From the NCBI GenBank assembly GCA_964384105.1, contig CAYLJV010000001.1, positions 512,001-576,000 on the forward strand: DNA of 64,000 bases, read 5' to 3'. Below the pieces are notes generated by a model. That model saw nothing but the letters and a program-made list of their open reading frames with translations. It searched no databases and was not told where the DNA came from. Positions within the stretch are counted from its first letter, which is position 1, and each line of letters begins with the position of its first letter. Positions 47,673 through 56,218 of this stretch are shown here, one piece after another. The translations under genes and the position numbers were made by a program. Source of the DNA: Candidatus Hadarchaeota archaeon. GTDB lineage: Archaea > Hadarchaeota > Hadarchaeia > Hadarchaeales > JAGGTB01.

Positions 47673-48841
47673 CTTATCAACTCTTTTAGTGGAGCAAAGT
47701 GTACTTTTACACCGGCTAGCAACGGAGCATAGTATGCCGCTTTGGCGGAATTTACTCCTATTTTTTCGTAGCCCATCTCTGCCAAGGGGGCCACAACCAT
47801 GCAAGTATCGCAGACAAGTCTCACATTCTTTTTTTCGAGTAGTTGAAGTTCTTCTGGATCGAGTTTCTCTTTTAGGTTTCTGGCCAAGCATAGCCAAATT
47901 TCCTTTTCCCCCGCGTTTTCTATTATACTCTTTATTTCATCTTTTGAAGCGTGTGGACATCCTATGCAGATGATATCGGTGTCGCTGACTTGATCGAGTT
48001 CGTTTACAACTTCTTCTAATTCTTCTTTTCCAAATTCTACTTTTTCCTCCCCTTTGCAAATCTCCGGGTTTCTTTTCGCCTCTGCAGTTACTTCGGGAAT
48101 GTGATAAAGTGCTATTGCTCCAGAGGTTGCTAGGCCCGCGCCAAGCGCCTTTTTTTGATCTTCGGTTGGTCTGAGATTTTCTATGATAGGAGTTGCTTCT
48201 GGAAACTTTTTTCCGATCCAGTAACCGAGAACACTGTAAGGAAAAGTTTCATCGCTCTTGAAAAGATTTGAGTCGGGTTTTATCGTTACATCACCCGTTC
48301 TATTCTCGTCTAAATGATATCCATGGAGGGGGGTTAGTCCGGTGATAGCGGAGGCGAGTGCGCTAGGAGCTCCTTCTCTGTTTGTCCTGGCTCCGAGAAC
48401 TGAGTTTGCATAAACTACGGCGGAAGATTCCGCCCAGGCTAGGTGGTCTCCGAAAGAAGGGTTGTTACCGATTAGATAGGGGGTACAGGAACAAATCGGT
48501 GTCGCACCCATCTCTTCGTAAGCTTTGACCATCCTCAGTTGTTTTTTGGACATTTCTTTTGGGGCGCCCAATTCCTTCCAGTTTTTAAGGTCCATGCCTG
48601 CGGGGTTTATAGTAGTGGGGACTGAAACTTTGGCTCCCTTTTCTACTAGATCCTCGAGGAAGTTTAGACCGGCATCTCCGGCGGTTCTTACGGAAACTCC
48701 TGACACGTGTGCGTTTTTTATGGGTATTAGTTTGTCTGCGTTGTATATCTCACCGAGCGCTACTAGAATTTCCATTGCTTTCTTAGAGGCTTTTCCTTCC
48801 TCACCGGCTAAGATATTTTCTTGCTTTTTTGTAAGATGCAA
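47669..48841 (-). CDS. Phosphomevalonate dehydratase large subunit (AcnX catalytic domain)
   Basis: AHVSGVS, CSCTPY, AWAESSA..ANSVLGARTNRE, GCPH, DTCMVVAP, NSAK. Confidence 0.88.
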   Translation of the reverse strand: MHLTKKQENILAGEEGKASKKAMEILVALGEIYNADKLIPIKNAHVSGVSVRTAGDAGLNFLEDLVEKGAKVSVPTTINPAGMDLKNWKELGAPKEMSKKQLRMVKAYEEMGATPICSCTPYLIGNNPSFGDHLAWAESSAVVYANSVLGARTNREGAPSALASAITGLTPLHGYHLDENRTGDVTIKPDSNLFKSDETFPYSVLGYWIGKKFPEATPIIENLRPTEDQKKALGAGLATSGAIALYHIPEVTAEAKRNPEICKGEEKVEFGKEELEEVVNELDQVSDTDIICIGCPHASKDEIKSIIENAGEKEIWLCLARNLKEKLDPEELQLLEKKNVRLVCDTCMVVAPLAEMGYEKIGVNSAKAAYYAPLLAGVKVHFAPLKELIR

Positions 48842-48853
48842 TGTAGTCTACCT

Positions 48854-50140
48854 CTACTCTTCTGGGATTTTCGCTTTTTCGAACCTTTTTGGATCTTCTA
48901 AATCTTTTGTTGCATCGATTCCCATTTTACAACCTAATCGAGATTCGGGATCGGCAGTGGGGTCTAGACTAGAGCCCCGGACATTGGATTTGATTAAAGA
49001 ATCAGTATCCCCACGGAAGCGGGTGGCGATTGCCCATTCTACTTCCCTCATGTTGTAGATATCTATATCTTCATCTACGACCACTACATGTTTCACGCTG
49101 GGATGTCCTTTAAAGGCAGCCTCGATGGCTTTTTTTCCATCTTTCTCATTCTTTTTGTCTATGCTTACTACAGCATGTAGCCATCCACATCCCCCAGGTG
49201 TGAGGGCTACGTTGATCGTTTTAACGACATGGTTCACTTCTTCAAAGATGAGAGGTTCTCTTGGAGTCCCCATTAGAAGTTGATGTTCGATACTGCCAGG
49301 GAGTATTGCGGGATAAATCGTTTCTTCTCTCCTTGTGATGTACTTTACTTTGAACACGGGTTGCTTCCTGACTGCGTCGTAAGTTCCAGTGATGTCTGCA
49401 AATGGTCCTTCTGGGGCTCTTTCTTCGGCAAGTAGTTTTCCTTCTAGAACTATTTCTGAAGTGGTTGGAACTTCTAGATCCATGGTCCTGCATTTTACGA
49501 GTTCTAAATCTTTTGTGAGAGCATTTGCTATGGCATATTCGTCTCTTTCGTATTCCACCGAGGTCGCTGCTGCTAAGGCTACTCCGACATCTACCCCAAG
49601 AATAGCGGCTACATCAAGATCTTCGTTATTTCGTTCTTTTTCTTTGAAGATTTTGTGAAGGTCCCGAGGAACTAACCGGATTGTGAACTTATCCTTTTCA
49701 ATCAGTTGCATTCTGTGAAACGATAGATTGCGGATACCTTCAGAGTCTTTTGCGACTATTATGCTTGAAGTAACGTATGGTCCCCCATCTTTTTCAAAAT
49801 GTTTCAAAATTGGAAGTTTTTGGAGATTGACTTTATCCTTTTCTATTTCTTGAGCTGGTCCACTGGCTTTTATTCTAGGTTTTTTCTTGTTGGAAAGTGC
49901 ATCTTTCATTTTTCTGAGCAGGTCATCTTTTTTTATTCCCAGATTTTCCGCTACCCTTTCTCTAGAACCGTATATATTTCCGGCCAGTCTTATATCGGAT
50001 TTTTTGACTTTTTCAAAAATTATAGGATCGTCAGATTTGTTTAGTTTGGAAGAAATCTCATATTTTGGACTTATTTCGTTCTTTACATGCTCAAGCCTTT
50101 TCTCTCGATCTAATTTGTTTATAAAATCTCTAAAATTCAT
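48854..50140 (-). CDS. ubiD: UbiD-family prFMN decarboxylase, probably anhydromevalonate phosphate decarboxylase
   Basis: DGGPY, SFHR, EGPFADITGTYD, GGCGWLH, VDEDID, EWAIATR, GSSLDP, KMGIDAT. Confidence 0.88.
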   Translation of the reverse strand: MNFRDFINKLDREKRLEHVKNEISPKYEISSKLNKSDDPIIFEKVKKSDIRLAGNIYGSRERVAENLGIKKDDLLRKMKDALSNKKKPRIKASGPAQEIEKDKVNLQKLPILKHFEKDGGPYVTSSIIVAKDSEGIRNLSFHRMQLIEKDKFTIRLVPRDLHKIFKEKERNNEDLDVAAILGVDVGVALAAATSVEYERDEYAIANALTKDLELVKCRTMDLEVPTTSEIVLEGKLLAEERAPEGPFADITGTYDAVRKQPVFKVKYITRREETIYPAILPGSIEHQLLMGTPREPLIFEEVNHVVKTINVALTPGGCGWLHAVVSIDKKNEKDGKKAIEAAFKGHPSVKHVVVVDEDIDIYNMREVEWAIATRFRGDTDSLIKSNVRGSSLDPTADPESRLGCKMGIDATKDLEDPKRFEKAKIPEE

Positions 50141-50145
50141 TATTT

Positions 50146-50703
50146 TTAAAGACCTCTCCAAGCTTGATAAAGTTGGTGTTCAATACCAATTTGATCCAGT
50201 ATTTTGCCCACTACGAAGTTGACTAAATCTTCTATTGATTTTGGCTTGTGGTAGAAGCCGGGTGATGCAGGAAGGATCGTTGCGCCAGCTTTCTTCAGTT
50301 TTGTCAGATTGTCCAAATGAATCGCGTGCAGTGGTGTTTCTCTGGGAACTAATATCAACTTCCTATTTTCTTTTAAAGCCACATCTGCAGCTCGAGTTAT
50401 GAGGTTGTCTGCTATCCCACTGGCTATGGACCCTATTGTTTTCATACTACAAGGGACGATAATCATACCATCATTTTTCACAGAACCACTAGCTATAGGT
50501 GCCCCGATTTCTTTATATCCATAATAATTAGTTGATTTTCTCTTTATTTCATCTATTTTATCTTCTAGTTCAAATTTCATTATTTTTTCTGCGGCTGGGG
50601 ATATTATGAGGTTTGTTTTGATCTCTTTTTTCGAACATACCTCTATTAGCTTTTTTCCGTAGACGACTCCACTAGATCCGGTTATAGCGATTATTAATTC
50701 CAT
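50146..50703 (-). CDS. ubiX: Flavin prenyltransferase UbiX
   Basis: ITGSSG, APIASGS, PCSMKT, RAADV.LKE.R, RETPL, PGFYHKP. Confidence 0.94.
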   Translation of the reverse strand: MELIIAITGSSGVVYGKKLIEVCSKKEIKTNLIISPAAEKIMKFELEDKIDEIKRKSTNYYGYKEIGAPIASGSVKNDGMIIVPCSMKTIGSIASGIADNLITRAADVALKENRKLILVPRETPLHAIHLDNLTKLKKAGATILPASPGFYHKPKSIEDLVNFVVGKILDQIGIEHQLYQAWRGL

Positions 50704-50778
50704 AACTCTCCAGTTGGCTTTACTTGAGATTCTTAATAAGTCTAGAGCTTTTTATTCAAAATATTGGTTCAGAAGAGC

Positions 50779-51612
50779 TTAACTTTTAAAGCTATTTCGA
50801 ATTTTTTGAAGTTCGGATAAGCTGTATTTTAGGAAGGGATCCTCATTTTCGGGAATCCACCCTTCTACTGTCACAATTCCGTTAAATGGCCTAAGCTTGC
50901 TAAGAACTTTTTTAAAGTCTATATTTCCCTGTCCGAGGGTTAGATGGTCATCTTCGCCAGTATTATCACTTACATGGACATGAGCGATGTATTCTTTCAA
51001 TTCTTTTACGTATTCAAGTGGTCCAGTTTTTGTGGTATTTGCGTGGGCGATGTCGAGATTTAATTTAAGATTTTTCATATTAACTCTGTCTAAAACTTTC
51101 TTTATCTCCGGAATTCCAACACACATTGCCTTCTTTTTTGAGGATAAGTTTTCCATACAAATTTTGACACCAAAATTTTCGGCGAAACTGGTTATTTTCT
51201 TGAAGTTGTCCACCATTTTATTGAATACCATTTTCCTTTCGTATTTTCTAGATGCTATAAATCCAGGGTGAACAACCACGATGTCTGTACCGAGATAATC
51301 TGCAGTTTCTATACATTCTTTAAGTTGTGAGATAACTTCTTTTTCAATACCACGGTTTAGTGTGGCTATATTACAGTCATGGTAGGGTGCATGAAGAGAA
51401 ACACTAGTTTCTACTGTTGATAGCACCTCTTTTACTTCTTTTTTAGTTTTTTCCGCTTTTTCAGTCCCCCAACCTTTGAAAAAAGGACTTTCACAGTGTA
51501 TTTCTACGGCTTCAAAACCTAGGTCATCTACAGAATGAATTATGGCTTCAGGAATATTGAGTTTTTTATAGTCCCACATTATGGCAGTTGAAACGCCAAT
51601 TAGCATCTTCAA
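50779..51612 (-). CDS. TIM-barrel metalloenzyme of the xylose-isomerase-like/AP-endonuclease-2 superfamily
   Basis: VEIH, LHAPY, HPG, MEN, LDIAH, HVSDN, DHL..G.G.IDF, VE. Confidence 0.85.
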   Translation of the reverse strand: MKMLIGVSTAIMWDYKKLNIPEAIIHSVDDLGFEAVEIHCESPFFKGWGTEKAEKTKKEVKEVLSTVETSVSLHAPYHDCNIATLNRGIEKEVISQLKECIETADYLGTDIVVVHPGFIASRKYERKMVFNKMVDNFKKITSFAENFGVKICMENLSSKKKAMCVGIPEIKKVLDRVNMKNLKLNLDIAHANTTKTGPLEYVKELKEYIAHVHVSDNTGEDDHLTLGQGNIDFKKVLSKLRPFNGIVTVEGWIPENEDPFLKYSLSELQKIRNSFKS

Positions 51613-51626
51613 ACCTTGTTACCTTC

Positions 51627-52853
51627 CTACATTTTCAATGTCATTATTGGTTTTAATTTTGCCGCTATAGTAGAAAGATCAAATTCCATTGTTTTTCTTA
51701 TGACTTCTTTTCCTCTATAGGAATATGGCAATTCGTGAGGATTTGTGATTGTCATTTTCCCGAATTCAGAGATGCCACTATCTACTTCTATCTCACTCAC
51801 TTTAGAAGCGGGTTTGGGATTGGAAAGTTCGTAAACATTACCAAAATTTGTTGAGATTATATCTACATTTCGGTAGGAAAGTTCGACTTTGTATCCCCCT
51901 CCGTGTGGAAGGATGTTTATGTTTCTGAGCTTTTCTAGTAACCCTAATTTCCTTGCTCTTTCCTTGAATTCTAACCTTTCTATAACTTCTTCAGAGAGGT
52001 TTCTTTTACCTTTAAAGACGTAGACGGGGCAATCCCAACGAAGAGCCACAGGAAATAATCTGTTTTTCCCGGAATTATCCATTGTATTATAGCATCCTAA
52101 TCTCGCTTCGGTTTTCGAGAATAAACCTTGGTGAGTGAAGTTGGAGATAGTATTGAATTCTCCTACAACCTCTTGGGCCAAAGCTTCTCTTCTCTTCTTT
52201 GAAAATGCATCTAATCTTTTCCAATTTTCATAATATTCCTCAATTTCCTCTCCTTTTAGGGTACTTATTTTTCCGAGAGGGGTCTCGATTTTTTCACTTT
52301 TTTCTACGAATGAATAAACGCTGTTTTTTAGTTCGGGACTTGAAGAGTGAAGGATGGCGAAATAAGCATCTGAAGGAAGTATGCTAGAAAAATCTTCTGA
52401 GACTTCGAGGGGCTCGTAGAATTCAAAGAAATGATTACCTTTTCCGAAATCCGGTTTTATTTCAATTCCTTCTAGCTCTATATGTTCCTCGTTAACTTCA
52501 GATGCTCTTTTTACTACTTTTTTAGTGTCGGGTATTTCTTCAAGGCGCATTAGGATCATACCGCATCCATTTGGTCTTATTTCGGGGAAAGACACGTTTT
52601 CATCTTCCCACCCGATTACACCGCCGTAACCGTATCCTGAGAGCCACCTTTTCTTGTTTCTTGTGATGGATGCATCAGGTGCAAAAACACAGTAGACGTT
52701 AGAATTGTTTAAGGCGTACATCATTTTTCCTAGGCCGTAGAGGGTATTTTTATAGGAAAGTGCGGAGCCTAGGTCTCTTTTTCCAAGTGAGAAAACTCTT
52801 TCTTCTGCAAGGGAGAGTAAATCTTTGCCTGAAAGTGATCTTATGTCTTCCAT
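51627..52853 (-). CDS. Highly divergent RtcB-fold protein
   Basis: Motifs in RtcB order: APD, GYGGV, GCGM, GKGNHFFE, ILHS, THQ, PHGGG, ELPYSYR, LKPIMTLK. GGTGAT Shine-Dalgarno before ATG at 52853. Confidence 0.75.
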   Translation of the reverse strand: MEDIRSLSGKDLLSLAEERVFSLGKRDLGSALSYKNTLYGLGKMMYALNNSNVYCVFAPDASITRNKKRWLSGYGYGGVIGWEDENVSFPEIRPNGCGMILMRLEEIPDTKKVVKRASEVNEEHIELEGIEIKPDFGKGNHFFEFYEPLEVSEDFSSILPSDAYFAILHSSSPELKNSVYSFVEKSEKIETPLGKISTLKGEEIEEYYENWKRLDAFSKKRREALAQEVVGEFNTISNFTHQGLFSKTEARLGCYNTMDNSGKNRLFPVALRWDCPVYVFKGKRNLSEEVIERLEFKERARKLGLLEKLRNINILPHGGGYKVELSYRNVDIISTNFGNVYELSNPKPASKVSEIEVDSGISEFGKMTITNPHELPYSYRGKEVIRKTMEFDLSTIAAKLKPIMTLKM

Positions 52854-53113
52854 TTTTATCACCAATTCCAAATTAGAGCTTATAAGTAGACGGTTTTCCA
52901 GTATATGAATTTAATCTATTGATTGAATCCGACTACCGCTTATAAGTTCTGTCAGAAAAACTTGAAAAAGGTATATGATGAGGAGATTTGGAATAAATTT
53001 TGACTTCAATCGAAAAATACAATTAAAAAAATAGAAATAAAAATCCAACCGGTTTTAGAGGTTTTTTGATTTTGGGTTAGAATTAAATTTTTTGACTTCT
53101 AACAAATATATAC

Positions 53114-55327
53114 ATGTCTTCTCAGGAAGAGGTAGGATCGAAAAGCTTTGGTGCTTTTTCGGGAGTATTCGTACCGACTTTTCTAAGTATAATGGGAGTT
53201 ATCTTCTTCTTGCGATTAGGTTACGTCGTGGGGGTCGGTGGTGTGGCAGGTTCGATTCTTATTATTCTGATATCAGTTTCTGTCACGTTCGCCACTGGCT
53301 TATCTCTCAGTTCTATAACCACTAACATAAAAATAGGTCCAGGTGGAGCATATTCCATCATCTCCAAAACACTCGGTATAGAAATAGGAGGTAGCGTCGG
53401 CGTCCCGCTTTTTCTCGCACAAGCATTTTCTGTGGCTCTCTATATATTTGGGTTCGCGGAAACCTGGGTTTTCATATTTCCCGAACACCCCTTTTTGCTG
53501 GTTGCTTTGGGGATATTTGGGGCCCTTTTTCTCCTCGTGTTTATAAGTACAAAAATTGCGGTGCAGGCCCAGACGGTAGTATTTTTAGCGGTCTGTGTCT
53601 CCTTAATCTCCGTCTTTGCCGGAGGTAATCTACTTGACATAGGAAGCAGATCTCTCACAACACCCATTCTCGGGGCTTTTGCGGAGATGGACTTCTGGTC
53701 ACTCTTTGCTCTTTTCTTTCCGGCAGTAACAGGACTTATGGCCGGGATCGGGATGTCTGGCGAGTTGAGTGATCCAAAAAGGCAGATTCCCCGAGGAGTC
53801 TTACTTGGACTGGGAATAACGACCGTTCTCTATATCCTTCTAGTCGTATGGTTCGGTTACTCCGCTACCACGGCCGAACTTATAGACAATCCCCTTCTTA
53901 TCGTGGAGTTCGCTGCTTTCTCTCCCGCAGTTCTAGTGGGAATTCTCGCAGCGACCTTTTCCAGCGCCCTCACAACAATCATAGCCGCCCCACGAGTTCT
54001 ACAGGCCCTGTCACGGAATAGAGTTTTGCCATTCAGTGATATGCTGACCAAGAAAACAGAAAAAGGAGAGCCTAGAAACGCGACTTTACTTACGGGGTTG
54101 ATCGTCGTGATACTGTTGCTCATAGGGTCTCTCAACTCGATCGCTCAGATCCTAACCATGTTCTTTCTGATAGCTTACATGATGATTAACGTCTCCGTAT
54201 TTATCGAGCAATTCCTGGGTCTACCAAGTTTCAGGCCCACGTTTAGAGTTCCAAAGGTAATCCCTCTCTATGGAGCAATATCATCGTTTGTAATAATGTT
54301 TCTCATCAATATCCCTGCTGGAATTGGTGCTCTGGCTTTCGTTTTCGTAATGTATCTATTTCTAGTGAACAGGAAATTGAAACAGGAATCAGGAGACGTT
54401 CGTTCGGGTCTGTTCAGGGAGATCTCAGAATGGGCCACTAAGAAGATAAGAAAATTACCCGAATCGAGGGAGCATATATGGAAACCAAACTTATTGCTCC
54501 CAGTTCTGACAACTCGAACTCTTTCAGGGAACTTCCCACTAATAAAGTCGATAGCTTATCCTCACGGCACAATGACCGTGTTGGGATTTAAACTTACCAG
54601 AAATATCGATGACAACCCAGAGGTAGGAGAAGAGATCACAAAGGCGCAGATGGATAGAGAGCTAGAACAACTGCCCAAGCTTGTAAAAAGGTTCGGTGAA
54701 GAGGGAATATTCACCAATTTCTCCATGATAGAGTCAAAAGACTACGTTGAAGGCGTTCTTACATCTCTAGGGGCTATTTCTAGTCAAGTATTTTCCCCAA
54801 ACATACTTTTCTTACCTTTCAGACCCGACAAGATTTCAAAGTCGTCTCTGAAGAGAATAGCCAATACTTCAAAAGATGCTGGAAACGGCATCATCATCTT
54901 CGACAGAGACAAGGAGCTGGGACTAGGTTCCGAGAAGGAAATTCATCTTTGGATCTCCTCAGAAGCATTGGATAAAGATTTCGAAGAGGACAGATATTAC
55001 GATCTGGCAGGGCTGGTAGCCAACGAAATAAAAGAGAATTGGGACGGTACCATCAATCTGCACATGTGCATTTGTGAGAAAACAGAAAGGAAAGTGAAAA
55101 ACTATCTAAAAAAATTGATTGATGAGGCGAGGTTCTCCCCAGAAGACACTAAAATAAATATTGAAACGAAAGAGTTTATCGAAGCTTTACAGGAAGCACC
55201 AGATGGAGATCTTCATATAGTGCCATTTGATAGCTCGGACCTAAGTACGGTATTTGAGGCTGTAGAAGTAAAAGATAAATCCTACCTTTTTGTCTTCGAC
55301 TCGGGTAAGGAAAACTTACTGAGCTGA
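53114..55327 (+). CDS. Cation-chloride cotransporter (SLC12/CCC-like, APC superfamily)
   Basis: GVFVPTFLSIMGVIFFLRLG.VVG, GGAY.IIS..LG.E.GG, FFPAVTG.MAG..MSG.L..P, APR.LQA, FRPTF, WKPN, large soluble C-terminal domain. Confidence 0.88.
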   Translation: MSSQEEVGSKSFGAFSGVFVPTFLSIMGVIFFLRLGYVVGVGGVAGSILIILISVSVTFATGLSLSSITTNIKIGPGGAYSIISKTLGIEIGGSVGVPLFLAQAFSVALYIFGFAETWVFIFPEHPFLLVALGIFGALFLLVFISTKIAVQAQTVVFLAVCVSLISVFAGGNLLDIGSRSLTTPILGAFAEMDFWSLFALFFPAVTGLMAGIGMSGELSDPKRQIPRGVLLGLGITTVLYILLVVWFGYSATTAELIDNPLLIVEFAAFSPAVLVGILAATFSSALTTIIAAPRVLQALSRNRVLPFSDMLTKKTEKGEPRNATLLTGLIVVILLLIGSLNSIAQILTMFFLIAYMMINVSVFIEQFLGLPSFRPTFRVPKVIPLYGAISSFVIMFLINIPAGIGALAFVFVMYLFLVNRKLKQESGDVRSGLFREISEWATKKIRKLPESREHIWKPNLLLPVLTTRTLSGNFPLIKSIAYPHGTMTVLGFKLTRNIDDNPEVGEEITKAQMDRELEQLPKLVKRFGEEGIFTNFSMIESKDYVEGVLTSLGAISSQVFSPNILFLPFRPDKISKSSLKRIANTSKDAGNGIIIFDRDKELGLGSEKEIHLWISSEALDKDFEEDRYYDLAGLVANEIKENWDGTINLHMCICEKTERKVKNYLKKLIDEARFSPEDTKINIETKEFIEALQEAPDGDLHIVPFDSSDLSTVFEAVEVKDKSYLFVFDSGKENLLS

Positions 55328-55574
55328 TAACAAAGTCCGGGGGATTAACTAGAAATTGCTTAGTTTTCTTCGCTTTCTTTTTTTACTCCTTTTTCTTTAC
55401 CTTACTCTCTAGAATTCTTTGAAATATTGACATTTTGAACAAGCTCCAGTACACAATTATTTCTAGTTATTTATCGTCTTCGAAACTAATCTGACGAAAA
55501 TCTTTAAGTTTATATGAACTTTGTATCGTTTACGAAACATAATTTTTAAATTCTCGATTACAATATTTAACCAA

Positions 55575-56117
55575 ATGAAAGTAGAACATTTGAAAGTCGG
55601 CCTTTTGTTAGCGATAGTTATTCTAGTTTGTGCTACTGCAGTTTCCTACTTTACTTTAGATCATTTTTATGGAGCTTCTGAGACCGGTCAAAAATTAGAT
55701 TTAGAGGCTCAGACAACCACCGAATCTGCTAGAGTTCCCAGTTCTGCCCCATTTGATGTTGTTCCTGTTTCCGTGATTATAGGAGTCAGCATGGCGGGAC
55801 TCACATTGGCTGTTTGGAGCGGAAGTCAGGTTAGTTCCACCTCAGCAAAGTTACAGGGAACTGCAACTACGATACTTTTGAACGAGGGGTTGGAAGATAT
55901 GACTGTCAGAGATGTCGAAATAGTTAGTCGAATGATTAGTAAAAGTGAATTTACTGTCCCTCAACTGCTTAGAGGGGCCCAAGTCTCGAGGTCTTCGGTT
56001 TGGAAATTGGTAAAGAAAATGGTTGATAAGGGTCTTGTGGAAGAAACGGGTAAGGAGAGGCTACCTGATAGCGGCAGAGGTAAGCCCAGTAAGGTTTACA
56101 GATATGTTGGACCCTAG
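55575..56117 (+). CDS. Membrane-tethered winged-helix transcription regulator
   Basis: Two TM helices, then HTH (VSRSSVWKLVKKMVDKGLV) and wing (GRGKPSKVY). ATG 55575 lies about 25 nt after TTTAAA. Confidence 0.72.
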   Translation: MKVEHLKVGLLLAIVILVCATAVSYFTLDHFYGASETGQKLDLEAQTTTESARVPSSAPFDVVPVSVIIGVSMAGLTLAVWSGSQVSSTSAKLQGTATTILLNEGLEDMTVRDVEIVSRMISKSEFTVPQLLRGAQVSRSSVWKLVKKMVDKGLVEETGKERLPDSGRGKPSKVYRYVGP

Positions 56118-56218
56118 GTCCGGGTAATAATCGGGAAAGACCAGATTTATGCACTAATTTTTGGTCATTATAGGGTAAATAAAATAAACTCTTGTGATAA
56201 AACCGAGTAGGTGTGTAG

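Noticed and set aside
47673-47897. 75-aa N-terminal extension of the AcnX small subunit in the ORF track
   Set aside because: It overlaps the large-subunit gene in another frame. The ATGA overlap at 47669-47672 marks the real start.
56109-56121. Mini-hairpin GGACC-CTA-GGTCC at the stop codon of the TM-wHTH gene
   Set aside because: A 5-bp stem without a U-tract is expected by chance.
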